From an uncultured Methanosarcinales archaeon (GTDB lineage Archaea; Nanobdellota; Nanobdellia; Woesearchaeales; SKGA01): 57,512 nt of DNA. This document shows, piece after piece, positions 37,092 through 47,623 of this stretch. The stretch is from contig CAZFEG010000001.1 of the NCBI GenBank assembly GCA_964517565.1, forward strand, positions 1 through 57,512, written 5' to 3'. Positions within the stretch are counted from its first letter, which is position 1, and every line of letters begins with the position of its first letter. A program made the translations under genes and the position numbers. The notes under the pieces are model-generated. The model did not search any database and was not told where the DNA came from. It saw only the letters and a program-made list of their open reading frames with translations.

Positions 37092-38085
37092 TGTGTTCAC
37101 CACCCTGATTATCAATAGTTTCCATCTCATCAAATAATTCTTGGATGTATTTACCACTGAGAGTTTTTAGTACTTTGAATTGACTTGAATTTGAGCTCAT
37201 TCTTGGATTAAAAATTTCTTCTAAACTAAATCCAATGAGCATATACGAACTTACTGAAAGAAAGATTCCAAGAGCAGGTGCTAGAATCCACCACCAGTAT
37301 CCAAGTATAAAAGCACCACTAGATTGTGCATCAGCAAGCATTTTCCCCCAACTGATAAATTCAGTATTTCCTAGACCTAAGAAACTCAGTCCAGCTTCAG
37401 CAATCATTACCCCTGCAGCTGTCATAGCTGTATTCATAATTAATTGATTTGATACACCTGGTAATATATGTTTTGTCATAATATACCATTTAGATCCACC
37501 AAATAACTCAGCACTTTTTACATAGTTAGTATTTTTAATTGTAAGTACTTGTGATCTTACAACACGTGATAACCCGGCCCATCCAAATAATGTAAAGATA
37601 AATATAAGCATTGGATAGCTTTTCCCAAATAGATTTGTTAAAACGATTGTAATTGGCAATGTTGGTATTACAAGCATAACATCTACTATACGCATGATAA
37701 CTGCATCTGGCAATTTTCCTAAATAACCAGCTGCGATACCAATAATAGCTCCAGTAAAGGAAATGAGTATTGCAGTTATAATACCAATCGTCATTGATAC
37801 TCTTGCGCCATAGACAAGCATACTAAAGATATCTTGTCCAAATGATGTTGTACCTAGTAAATGATCTAATGACGGACCTACTCCACGTTCACCACGTTGA
37901 AGAACATCATATGGATCATACGGTGCTATTAATGGTGCAAATATCGCAGTTAATGCGAGTAAAACTACTAATATTAGTCCAATACGACCCTTTTTATGGT
38001 TCCAGGTTTTCTTGATAATCCCACCAATCGTTTGAAGGAAATTTATGATAGGATTTAGTATTTTTTTGGTCATTGTATTATTCAT
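37084..38085 (-). CDS. OppC-like permease (twin of 19428..20429)
   Basis: Exact reverse-complement twin with an identical protein. Confidence 0.9.
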   Translation of the reverse strand: MNNTMTKKILNPIINFLQTIGGIIKKTWNHKKGRIGLILVVLLALTAIFAPLIAPYDPYDVLQRGERGVGPSLDHLLGTTSFGQDIFSMLVYGARVSMTIGIITAILISFTGAIIGIAAGYLGKLPDAVIMRIVDVMLVIPTLPITIVLTNLFGKSYPMLIFIFTLFGWAGLSRVVRSQVLTIKNTNYVKSAELFGGSKWYIMTKHILPGVSNQLIMNTAMTAAGVMIAEAGLSFLGLGNTEFISWGKMLADAQSSGAFILGYWWWILAPALGIFLSVSSYMLIGFSLEEIFNPRMSSNSSQFKVLKTLSGKYIQELFDEMETIDNQGGEHND

Positions 38086-39083
38086 CGTCTACCACCATCC
38101 ATTATTCGAGGGTCTAGAACAAAGTATAATAAATCAGCTGTTAAGTTAGCTAATAGTGCTATAGAAGATAAGAATAACATTACTCCCATCATTAATGGGT
38201 AATCATTTTGAAGATTAGCATTAATGAATAGTGTTCCCATACCATTCCAGTTAAATACTTTTTCAATAACTACAGCTCCCCCTATAAGGGCACTTAGTCC
38301 CATCATAAATCTTGTAACAATTGGCAATAAAGCATTTGTTAATGTGTGTCTATATAATATTCTTCCGTTTGATAATCCTTTTGCTCTTGCAGTAAGGATA
38401 TAATCATCAGAAGAAACAACTATTACACTATTTCTTGTACTAACTGCATAACCAACTATTCCACCAATACTCATACTGATAACTGGTAGTGTAGCATTTC
38501 TAATTACATTTAATATTTGTTCAAAAGACCAATCGAATGCAGTCATCATAGATGGATCAGCATACCCTGGTAACCATTCTAATTCAAATCCAATAATCAT
38601 GGATAAAATTAATGCGATAATGAATGCGGGAAGTGCTGTCAGCAAAGTAGAAGAAGCTAGTAGTAAAGTATCAGGTAGCCTTCCTCTTTTCTTTGCCGCA
38701 AAGGTTCCATACATAATTCCTACAATGGAAGAAATCATCATTGTAGATAATGATAAAACTAGCGTCCAAGGGAGCCTTTCAGTTATTAACTTCATTACTT
38801 TAGGTCTTCCTGGTTGGAATGAATTCCCTAAGTCTCCAGAAAGTAGATTTTTGACATAGATAAGATACTGCTCAACTGGGGATTTATCAAATCCATATTG
38901 CTCCCTAGTTAGAGCTTTAATTTCATCATATTCTTCATCTGTCATAGTACCAATCTGTGGTGGGTAATATCTTGACGCAGGATCGTCGTTACCAATTCTT
39001 GGAATGAAGAAATTTATTGTGACAACAGCAAGAAATATTAAAATAGTGTGTGAAATACGTTTTATTACATAATCAAATTTCAT
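38082..39083 (-). CDS. OppB-like permease (twin of 18430..19431)
   Basis: Exact reverse-complement twin with an identical protein. Confidence 0.9.
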   Translation of the reverse strand: MKFDYVIKRISHTILIFLAVVTINFFIPRIGNDDPASRYYPPQIGTMTDEEYDEIKALTREQYGFDKSPVEQYLIYVKNLLSGDLGNSFQPGRPKVMKLITERLPWTLVLSLSTMMISSIVGIMYGTFAAKKRGRLPDTLLLASSTLLTALPAFIIALILSMIIGFELEWLPGYADPSMMTAFDWSFEQILNVIRNATLPVISMSIGGIVGYAVSTRNSVIVVSSDDYILTARAKGLSNGRILYRHTLTNALLPIVTRFMMGLSALIGGAVVIEKVFNWNGMGTLFINANLQNDYPLMMGVMLFLSSIALLANLTADLLYFVLDPRIMDGGRR

Positions 39084-39085
39084 TT

Positions 39086-40873
39086 TTATTTAGAATTTAA
39101 TGTCAGATTTTGTAATGAATCCGAATTGAAAATCAACACATTATCAACGTGAACCCATCCACTGAAAATATCAGTTCTATATGCCGAGGATGTATTTGCT
39201 GTATATAATGGTATCTTATAATTCATGCTGTCGAGATCTTCCTGAATTTCAAAAATAAGTTCAATTTTTCTTGTTCTATCTAACGTTGTTCTCATTTCGT
39301 TTATTTTTGCTTCAAATGATTCATCAACTAATCTTCCATAGTTTGATGAATAACCGATTGTAACAAATTGGGCTCTAAACATCATATCTACATTTACCAT
39401 TGAGAATACAACATTTTGAATTGTCATATCAAAATTACCAATATAGAAGTAATCTTTTGTAGGATTAGTACCACCCTCATGATATTCTATTTTAATTCCA
39501 ATTTGTTCAAAAAGAACTTGAATGTAATTAATTGTAGTTTTTACACCTGGACTACCAGTAATTTTATAATCAAGTAGTACTCCATCTTTACTTCTAAACT
39601 TACTACCTGCTTCAAAAGTATATCCAGCGTCTTCAAGTATTTGGTTTGCTTTGTCTAAATCGTGATCATCCATTGAAATTGAATCATTTACGTAAATACT
39701 ATTTTCTGTGAATAATCCTCCACGAACACTTGAACCTTCTCCATCAAGAGATTGTGTTATTAAATAATCTTGGTCTAAAGCTAGCATAATAGCTTCTCTT
39801 AGAATAGGATCTTTTAATAATTCTCTTTGAGGTGTACTGTATTCTTCAGGAACATTTAGATTTATACATAGTGTTGAAACAAAATCATTAACTGAAGAAT
39901 CCACTTCTACATTTTTTACAGCATTTAATGTGTCAATATAGATATTGCTTATTGAATTATCAATAACATCAATGTCTCCTTCTTGAAGAGCGTTGATTGC
40001 AACTATTTCATCAAGGTAGTTGATAAACTTAATGCTTTCTACTTTGTATAAAATATCCCCATTATCGTCTTTTAAGTGGTAGTCATCTCTTCGATTAAGG
40101 ATGATTACACCTGGACCTGAGTTGTCTACATCTAATGTAAATGGTCCACTACCCATAGGGTTATTGTAAAGGGTAGATTGTGCAGAAGTTGGGTTTGTTG
40201 AGTTGAGTTTGTTTACATGTGAAATAATATTATATTGGTGTTCTGGTAATATCAAAATAGTAGTAAACAAAGGCGTGATACCACCCAATACTTTTTTCAC
40301 ATGTAAATAGACAACATGATCATCTTCATCAGTAAATGTGTAATCTCCAGGATGATCCTTTGTGAAAATACCTTGTCTAATAAGCTCACCTGAATAATCA
40401 CTATTGTAATCATGCATTAAATCTCCAGTCCATGCTAGAGTTCCAGCATGAGATGATCGACTAAAGTCAGATGCTAAATCAAATGAAAAATAGACATCTT
40501 CAGGTGTTACTGGTGTTCCATCACTCCATGTTGCTTCTTTGTTTAAATTTATTTTTACTGCTAAATAATCTTGGTCTTCCGGTACCTCTGTAGGATCAAC
40601 TAAGTATTCCCATGAGTCTCCTAATAATGGATCAAACACATCGTTATCACTATCATATGCGAACAAAGTCGAAAAGATCATGCTTGATAATTCAGTTGCT
40701 ATGCCTTGGTTTGAAAGCCAAGGCATAAACACTGCTGGAAATCCAGTTGAAATATATCCTACGTGTAAGGCTTCGTCGTCTCTAGTTACACTATCCTCTT
40801 TTTCACCACATGAACTCATAACTATAGACATTAAAACGATTATTAAAAGCAATAAGAAACGATTATTTTTCAT
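39086..40873 (-). CDS. Family-5 substrate-binding lipoprotein (twin of 16640..18427)
   Basis: Exact reverse-complement twin with an identical protein. Confidence 0.9.
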   Translation of the reverse strand: MKNNRFLLLLIIVLMSIVMSSCGEKEDSVTRDDEALHVGYISTGFPAVFMPWLSNQGIATELSSMIFSTLFAYDSDNDVFDPLLGDSWEYLVDPTEVPEDQDYLAVKINLNKEATWSDGTPVTPEDVYFSFDLASDFSRSSHAGTLAWTGDLMHDYNSDYSGELIRQGIFTKDHPGDYTFTDEDDHVVYLHVKKVLGGITPLFTTILILPEHQYNIISHVNKLNSTNPTSAQSTLYNNPMGSGPFTLDVDNSGPGVIILNRRDDYHLKDDNGDILYKVESIKFINYLDEIVAINALQEGDIDVIDNSISNIYIDTLNAVKNVEVDSSVNDFVSTLCINLNVPEEYSTPQRELLKDPILREAIMLALDQDYLITQSLDGEGSSVRGGLFTENSIYVNDSISMDDHDLDKANQILEDAGYTFEAGSKFRSKDGVLLDYKITGSPGVKTTINYIQVLFEQIGIKIEYHEGGTNPTKDYFYIGNFDMTIQNVVFSMVNVDMMFRAQFVTIGYSSNYGRLVDESFEAKINEMRTTLDRTRKIELIFEIQEDLDSMNYKIPLYTANTSSAYRTDIFSGWVHVDNVLIFNSDSLQNLTLNSK

Positions 40874-40917
40874 ATTATTTTATCCTTTCTTTGCTTAAAT
40901 AGTTAGCTTACTAATTT

Positions 40918-41592
40918 TTAATATGGATACTTCATTTGTTTCCCAAAACCTTGTTTAGAAACGGAGTTATTATACACTTCTTCAATATGGAAAACTAATG
41001 CTGGTCTTGTAACCCATCGTTCTATATTTGGTGCATGGTATACATCGTGTTGTGCATTTACAAATTTTTTGTAAATACCATCATCATCTATTTCTACTTT
41101 CCCGCGTAATTCATAAGAAATTACTGGTGGTTGATAGAAAATATAAGTGGCTTCGTTATTAGCCTGTACATTTTCCCATGTGTGATTTTTTGCCATTTCT
41201 AGGGTAGTGAGTAAAGAAAAATCAATTCTATGTCTAACATCATCATTGTATAATTCTTTAACAAGTAAAGCCAAACCTCTTTGGCTATACGCTTCGTCAT
41301 CACCATCATAAGAGTTAATATGTTCCATATATTTTTCGAAAATTTCTTCTAGGTATTCAGGCTTAGGTACATAACCTATACCTTTTATTGAACCGTTTAA
41401 TCCACCAGGACCATTTGTAATTAAGGCTGGGTTGTGTGATGTAAAGTTTAAAAATAATCTGTCTCTTGAAATATCTTCTTTATTATAAATTGCCATTACG
41501 TTTTTAGCTCTTGTTTCAAATGACCATTTAAAGAAATTTGATGCATCTTGCATTTCTTCTTTTACTGGTGTTGCTTCTGCATGTTTTTTCAT
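40918..41592 (-). CDS. Hypothetical 224-aa protein (twin of 15921..16595)
   Basis: Exact reverse-complement twin with an identical protein. Confidence 0.7.
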   Translation of the reverse strand: MKKHAEATPVKEEMQDASNFFKWSFETRAKNVMAIYNKEDISRDRLFLNFTSHNPALITNGPGGLNGSIKGIGYVPKPEYLEEIFEKYMEHINSYDGDDEAYSQRGLALLVKELYNDDVRHRIDFSLLTTLEMAKNHTWENVQANNEATYIFYQPPVISYELRGKVEIDDDGIYKKFVNAQHDVYHAPNIERWVTRPALVFHIEEVYNNSVSKQGFGKQMKYPY

Positions 41593-41621
41593 TTTTTTTA
41601 TAAATCTCCTTTATTTTTTTA

Positions 41622-43871
41622 TTATTCTATTGGTTCAGGTTGTGCAGCGAAATCAAATGCTCCATAATTTACGACCATACCAAACATTGGTCCCATTGGA
41701 AGGTAAATCCAAGTTTCAGTTGTTGATATAATTGTTGATTCTTCTAACACTGTTGTATCAATTGTTCCTACGATAGTAGGTAACAATGTAACGCCATCAA
41801 AGTCGTACATTGGTGTAACATATGTAAATGTAATCGTTTGATCTACTAATTCATAAGTTCCTACACCTTTTAATTCTTCATCTGTGTAAATATTAAATAC
41901 ATTACCATCAAATAATTGAATTTGTACGTTAATTCCAGTAGTAGCTTCTTCATCAGTTACTGAAACTGCTTCGTAAGTAAATAAAGCTTCTCTTTTAAGA
42001 GTGATTACTCCATAATCTGCTAAAACACCAAATGTAGGGCCCATAGAGATATAAACATTAGTAGAAGTAGTAGTAATCATTGTTTCTGCTTCTAAAGTAT
42101 CTGTATCTATTGTAGCTTCTATAGTAGGTAATAAATTCCCTTCGAAATCTTGCATTGGTTCTTCATAAGTGAATGTCATTGTTTGTCCTACAAGTTCAAA
42201 ACTACCAGCACCACGTAAAGTATCATTTGCATAAAGTTCAAATGTATTATTATCAAATATAAACACTTTAACTACTGCGCCTGCCATCATAGGTTCTTCG
42301 GAAGTTGAAATTGCTTGGTAAGAATAAAGTAAAACTGGTGCATCAATAAATATCATAATTGTAGTTGTAGTAGCGTTTCCACTGCTATTTACTACATTTA
42401 TAGTGATTGTTCCCATACCAGAACCAGCAACTGATAAATCAACATTATCAGTAATCATATCTAGAGTTACAGGGATATCTCCATCTATTTGATCAGAGAT
42501 TGTGAAATAAGTTGTCCAATCAGGTTCCTCTTCTCCAACAGTAAATGATGTTTGAGTTCCTTCAACTTTTGTTATTACAGCTTTGCAGCCAACAACTTTT
42601 TCAAAAGTAGTAGTACCAACATCCATTACGATAGGCCCTGAACCCATATTGATTGAATATTCTACAGGATCAATTACGATAACTGTAGTTAAATCAGTAA
42701 CATCTGTTGTAGTGATTGTACCTGTAAGTACCCAGTCACCACCATCAGGATGTTCTTCTGTATATGTAAGTGACAGTACACCATCAGTGATATCATAAGG
42801 ACCACTACCGCGTAAGCTGCCTGTCCATAAATCGAATGTCATATTATCATAGAAATTAATTGTTACAAATGTACCAGCTGAAGTCATACCTAGTGGTGCA
42901 GTTCCTTCATACTTAGCAACTAAAACTGGATCATTAATAAATATCATAATTGTAGATGTAGTTGAATTTCCACTACTATTTACTACAGTAATTTTTATAA
43001 CTCCCATTTCAGCTCCAAGAACTGTTAAATCTACTCCATCCATAATCATTTCTTCAGTGACAGGGATATCTCCATCTATTTCATCTGTGATTGTGAAATA
43101 AGTAGTCCAATCAGGTTCTTCGTCTCCAACAGTAAATGTTGTTTGAGTTCCTTCAACCAAAGTTATTTCAGCTTTACAACCATTGACGAATTCAAGAGTA
43201 GTTGTACCAACATCCATTACGATAGCTCCACCACCCATATTGATTGAATATTCTACAGGATCAATTACAAGAACTGTAGTTGGATCAGTAACATCTGTTG
43301 TAGTGATTGTACCAGTAAGTACCCAGTCACCACCATCAGGATGTTCTTCTGTGTATGAAAGTGTTATTACACCATCATTGATTTCATATGGTCCAGTACC
43401 ACGTAAACTGGCTGTCCATAAATCAAATGTCATATTATCATAGAAATTAATTGTTACGAATGTTCCGGCTTCAGTCATACCTTTTGGTGCGACACCTTCA
43501 TAAATAGCAATTAAATCTCCAGTAGGTGCAACAATAACTTCTTCGATTGTTATTGTTATAGATTTTGTTGCTTCATTTTCGGCTTCATCTGATACAGTTA
43601 CACTTACTGTATATTCACCTGGAGTGCTCATGTCTACATTTTCAGTTAACATTGAGTTAGTTACATAAATAGTACCATCAACGTCATCAGAAATAGTGAA
43701 GTATGATCCCCATACAGGTTCAGAATCACCTTGATCAAACGTTGTTTCTAATGCAGTTACCACTGTGATAACTGGACTAGTTGTATCAGCTTCTTCATTG
43801 TTAGACGGATTACATGCGGCTAAAGCAAATACAAGTACAAAACTTACAAATAATAAAATAAATTTTTTCAT
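41622..43871 (-). CDS. Repetitive 749-aa surface lipoprotein (twin of 13642..15891)
   Basis: Exact reverse-complement twin with an identical protein. Confidence 0.85.
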   Translation of the reverse strand: MKKFILLFVSFVLVFALAACNPSNNEEADTTSPVITVVTALETTFDQGDSEPVWGSYFTISDDVDGTIYVTNSMLTENVDMSTPGEYTVSVTVSDEAENEATKSITITIEEVIVAPTGDLIAIYEGVAPKGMTEAGTFVTINFYDNMTFDLWTASLRGTGPYEINDGVITLSYTEEHPDGGDWVLTGTITTTDVTDPTTVLVIDPVEYSINMGGGAIVMDVGTTTLEFVNGCKAEITLVEGTQTTFTVGDEEPDWTTYFTITDEIDGDIPVTEEMIMDGVDLTVLGAEMGVIKITVVNSSGNSTTSTIMIFINDPVLVAKYEGTAPLGMTSAGTFVTINFYDNMTFDLWTGSLRGSGPYDITDGVLSLTYTEEHPDGGDWVLTGTITTTDVTDLTTVIVIDPVEYSINMGSGPIVMDVGTTTFEKVVGCKAVITKVEGTQTSFTVGEEEPDWTTYFTISDQIDGDIPVTLDMITDNVDLSVAGSGMGTITINVVNSSGNATTTTIMIFIDAPVLLYSYQAISTSEEPMMAGAVVKVFIFDNNTFELYANDTLRGAGSFELVGQTMTFTYEEPMQDFEGNLLPTIEATIDTDTLEAETMITTTSTNVYISMGPTFGVLADYGVITLKREALFTYEAVSVTDEEATTGINVQIQLFDGNVFNIYTDEELKGVGTYELVDQTITFTYVTPMYDFDGVTLLPTIVGTIDTTVLEESTIISTTETWIYLPMGPMFGMVVNYGAFDFAAQPEPIE
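42321..43502 (-). repeat. 2 x 591-bp in-frame tandem duplication (twin of 14011..15192)
   Basis: Exact reverse-complement twin. Confidence 0.9.
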
Positions 43872-43925
43872 TTTTCTTTTCTCCCTTTTTTTATTTTTTG
43901 AATAATTGTAGAATTGTTTTATATA

Positions 43926-44039
43926 AAAAGTCTTTTCAAATTAGTATTTTTGAGGTGCTAAAGATTAATTTAAATAGTTAATTACTCTTTAAGTTTTCTA
44001 TAATACATCGTCATATTTTAATGACTTGAAAAGACTTTT
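43926..44039. repeat. 14-bp inverted repeats bracketing 86 bp (twin of 13474..13587)
   Basis: Exact reverse-complement twin. Confidence 0.8.
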
Positions 44040-44047
44040 AAATATTT

Positions 44048-44668
44048 TTATTTATAGAATTGTTCTCTAAGAAAATCTAGATAATCATCAATTTTGGACA
44101 TAATTTCATCGGTATTCACCTGTTTGTTTGTGATTTTCCCAATACTGAATTCTTTGGTTAAAATTCCTGTAACTACATATCTGGATACAGAAACTACCTT
44201 CTCAACATCAATACCATCCTTGAATTTTGTGTAATCAATACTTGTCTTGTAAAAATCTGATTTAATACTGTGCATACCTTCGGTTTTTAATTTTGAAAAA
44301 TCTTGTAACCCTTTTTTCCTACCGCATCTGTCAAAGAAATCGAAGATGTAAGGGTATTTGTCGTGAGTTTCTAACTTCACTCTCATTATTTGACTGAATC
44401 TTTCAAATAAATCATTGGAATCCCAATCAATATCATTTGACATATGTACTGAAATAACATCATACGTAAATTCTAAAAGAAAATCGAATAACTGTTGTTT
44501 ATCTTTAAAATAATGATATAACAACCCTCTAGAAATCCCGGCATCTTGGATTACTAGATTTGTTGAAGCCTTATCGAAATTGTTTTCACTAAATATTTTT
44601 AAAGCTGAATTAATTATTCTATCAATTTTTTCGTTACTACTATCGATGTTTTGAAATTCATTTAACAT
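44048..44668 (-). CDS. TetR/AcrR-family regulator (twin of 12845..13465)
   Basis: Exact reverse-complement twin with an identical protein. Confidence 0.88.
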   Translation of the reverse strand: MLNEFQNIDSSNEKIDRIINSALKIFSENNFDKASTNLVIQDAGISRGLLYHYFKDKQQLFDFLLEFTYDVISVHMSNDIDWDSNDLFERFSQIMRVKLETHDKYPYIFDFFDRCGRKKGLQDFSKLKTEGMHSIKSDFYKTSIDYTKFKDGIDVEKVVSVSRYVVTGILTKEFSIGKITNKQVNTDEIMSKIDDYLDFLREQFYK

Positions 44669-44713
44669 AATTTCCCTCATTTCTTATAACCGACGAAAAA
44701 AACTGTCAATTTC

Positions 44714-44742
44714 ATTATACGATAGCCGACAGAAACTGTCAA
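44714..44742 (-). promoter_or_regulatory. Consensus promoter TTGACA-17-TATAAT with overlapping dyad (twin of 12771..12799)
   Basis: Exact reverse-complement twin. Confidence 0.7.
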
Positions 44743-44798
44743 TATTTTTTTTCTTGCATAATAAAATAAATTGTAATATAATTGTTGATGTTACAACT

Positions 44799-44812
44799 GT
44801 TGCAAGTGCAAC
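44799..44812. promoter_or_regulatory. GTTGCActTGCAAC palindrome, candidate MarR operator (twin of 12701..12714)
   Basis: Exact reverse-complement twin. Confidence 0.45.
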
Positions 44813-44829
44813 TATAAAGGAGTGATGAA

Positions 44830-45252
44830 ATGTTTTTAAATGATATGTCAACAATTTTTCGTTATAGTAATATTTTTGTAAATCGTAGTTCTTCCGACTT
44901 GAAAATTACTTCCGCTGAACATTACATACTTATGTACCTCTTTCAAAAAGAAGGAGTTAGTCAAGATGAAATTGCTGATCATTTTGCGGTTGATAAGGGT
45001 AGTATTTCAAAAACTATTCATAAATTGTATTTAAAAAAATATGTCGACAAGTATGAAGATATAAGCAATCGTCGTAAAAATTTAATATGTCTTTCTAAAA
45101 TAGGTCGTAAAACCTTCGCAAAAAGTCGTGAAGTGTTAGATGAATGGCACAAATCAGTAATGAAAGATGTTTCTGAAGAAGAATTTAAGATATTTAAGGA
45201 AGTATTACAAAAAATGACCGTTAACGTTAGAAATGCAATCGAAACAAATTGA
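44830..45252 (+). CDS. MarR-family regulator (twin of 12261..12683)
   Basis: Exact reverse-complement twin with an identical protein. Confidence 0.85.
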   Translation: MFLNDMSTIFRYSNIFVNRSSSDLKITSAEHYILMYLFQKEGVSQDEIADHFAVDKGSISKTIHKLYLKKYVDKYEDISNRRKNLICLSKIGRKTFAKSREVLDEWHKSVMKDVSEEEFKIFKEVLQKMTVNVRNAIETN

Positions 45253-45271
45253 ATCTAAGGAGAAATCACAT

Positions 45272-47443
45272 ATGAATAACAAACAAAAACATTCGAACTT
45301 GATATTAATTATGATTATTTATCTTGCTGGTATATTTATGGGTGCTATTGATACTGGAATTGTTACACCAGCAAGAACAATCATCCAAAACGATATGGGT
45401 GTAGATTCTCAGCTTGGTATATGGATGATAACTATTTATACATTGGCTTATGCTGCTAGTATACCAATCATGGGTAAAATAGCAGATAAGTACGGTCGAA
45501 AATACATATTTTTAATAAGCATTTTCTTATTTGGTGCTGGGTCTTTATTAACTGGCTTAAGCCAGTTTACAGGAAGCTTCACTATGTTGCTTGTCTCACG
45601 AGCTATACAAGCGATTGGTGGAGGAGGAATCATTCCAGTTGCAACTGCGGAATTTGGAACAACGTTTCCAAAAGAAAAAAGAGGAGTTGCACTTGGTTTA
45701 GTTGGAGGAGTTTATGGTATTGCTAATATTTTTGGGGCCTCAGCAGGAAGTTTTATACTTGATATATCTGGGCAATCTAATTGGTGTTATATCTTTTTTA
45801 TCAATATACCAATAACAATATTTATTCTAATAGCAGGATTTATAGTTCTTCCAAATAATAAACATGAAGATGTGAAAAAGATTGATTTTGCTGGAATTTT
45901 TGTTTTAACAATTATGATATTATCATTATTATATGGGCTTAAAAATATCAATTTCCTTGATTTTTGGAATTCATTTGCCAATGTGAAAGTATACGCATTC
46001 CTAATAGTTTCTATTGTGATTTTCCCGCTATTTTTGTTCATTGAACAGAAAGCAGAAGATCCAGTTATAAACCTTTCGTATTTTAATGAACGAGCAATTG
46101 TAATTACGTTAATTTTATCTTTTATTTCAGGTATTATTTTGATGGGGATTATCTTTGTTCCACAATTTGCGGAAATTAATATTGGAATTGCTTCTGGAAG
46201 TGGTGGATACTTTGTAATTGTACTTGGAGTCTTCGCCGGTATTGGAGCTCCATTGTCTGGACGTTTAATCGATAAGTTTGGAGTTAAACCTATTCTTGGA
46301 TTTGGATTCTCTGTGTCTGCGCTTGCAGCGATATTTTTAATATTTGTTGTCGTTCCTTTTCCAAGTATATTTACAGTTATTGTAAGTCTAATACTAATGG
46401 GGTTAGGTATGGGATTCTCACTAGGAACTCCACTTAACTACATGATGCTAGAAAATACAAAACAAGAAGAGTCCAACTCTGCATTAGCAACACTCTCTTT
46501 AATTCGCTCTTTAGGGACTACAATAGCTCCTTCAATTATGATTGCTTTTATTGCAAGTGCTGGAATGCAAACACAGAGTAATGTAGCAAGTGCTTTACCA
46601 GAAAACTTAACAATTCCTGCAATTATCTATTCAGAAGAAATTAATACAGCTTTTACAGAACTACAAGAAGATTCTCGTTTTGCGGAAAAATTTGCCGATT
46701 TTACATTTCCTGAATTTTCTGGAGAAACTTTGATTCCATTAACACAACCATCTACAACATCAGATGGATCTCTTGATCCAGAAATTATTGGGTTAATTAA
46801 AGGTTCAGACATTACAACGATTTCAGACAATACCAAAACATTCTATACTGCAATCTTTGATTCCTTTATTCCAATTGTTACTATGAATATTGAAAACGGT
46901 GTTCAATCAGGAATTAATGGTTTGGAAGAAGCTATTACTGGAATGAATTCTGGATTATTTGGTATTAATATGACTATTATGACGCTTTCATCAATTCAGA
47001 CTGAACTCGAAGCACTTCCTAGCACTGCATTTGATGGTAGTGAGATATTAGATTTGCTCCAACCATCAACATTAAGTGGGTTGATGCCAATGACTTTAGA
47101 GTCTTTAGAAGGATTTACAACATTAGTGGAATTGGAAGAACTTATTACTTCATATATAGGACAAAAAGCAGAATTGGAGTCATCAATTCAAGAGATACAA
47201 ACACTCAGGACACAAATGATTGCTTTTAAAACAGATGTAAGTGTTCAGTTCAATGCTGGTGTTTCTAATTATTTGAATGATATTGATAATAATGCGCTTA
47301 ATGTTGAAGACACTTTTCAAGAAACACTAAATGGTGGATTTAAGAATATCTATTTTACAACTATGAGCGCTGCAATCGCTGGGTTCTTAGTTCTTCAAAT
47401 GTATTCAAGTAAACCATCAATTGAAGATATATTATTGAAATAG
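45272..47443 (+). CDS. DHA2-type MFS transporter with a soluble insertion (twin of 10070..12241)
   Basis: Exact reverse-complement twin. The insertion is encoded at about 46565..47347. Confidence 0.85.
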   Translation: MNNKQKHSNLILIMIIYLAGIFMGAIDTGIVTPARTIIQNDMGVDSQLGIWMITIYTLAYAASIPIMGKIADKYGRKYIFLISIFLFGAGSLLTGLSQFTGSFTMLLVSRAIQAIGGGGIIPVATAEFGTTFPKEKRGVALGLVGGVYGIANIFGASAGSFILDISGQSNWCYIFFINIPITIFILIAGFIVLPNNKHEDVKKIDFAGIFVLTIMILSLLYGLKNINFLDFWNSFANVKVYAFLIVSIVIFPLFLFIEQKAEDPVINLSYFNERAIVITLILSFISGIILMGIIFVPQFAEINIGIASGSGGYFVIVLGVFAGIGAPLSGRLIDKFGVKPILGFGFSVSALAAIFLIFVVVPFPSIFTVIVSLILMGLGMGFSLGTPLNYMMLENTKQEESNSALATLSLIRSLGTTIAPSIMIAFIASAGMQTQSNVASALPENLTIPAIIYSEEINTAFTELQEDSRFAEKFADFTFPEFSGETLIPLTQPSTTSDGSLDPEIIGLIKGSDITTISDNTKTFYTAIFDSFIPIVTMNIENGVQSGINGLEEAITGMNSGLFGINMTIMTLSSIQTELEALPSTAFDGSEILDLLQPSTLSGLMPMTLESLEGFTTLVELEELITSYIGQKAELESSIQEIQTLRTQMIAFKTDVSVQFNAGVSNYLNDIDNNALNVEDTFQETLNGGFKNIYFTTMSAAIAGFLVLQMYSSKPSIEDILLK

Positions 47444-47552
47444 AAGTAAGTGAATAAATGAGCAAAAAACATATATAATGTATTATATCCAGTATTGATT
47501 GTTTGATTTTAACGTAATTCTAAGTAGTGTAGATAACCAATATTTTACACTA

Positions 47553-47581
47553 TTGATAGTTTTTGTTGGTTATTGTATAAT
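47553..47581 (+). promoter_or_regulatory. lipB promoter TTGATA-17-TATAAT (twin of 9932..9960)
   Basis: TTGATA is at 47553..47558 and TATAAT at 47576..47581. Confidence 0.6.
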
Positions 47582-47623
47582 TGAAAATGTAGATTTATAA
47601 AAATAATGGAAAAGGGTGAGTTT

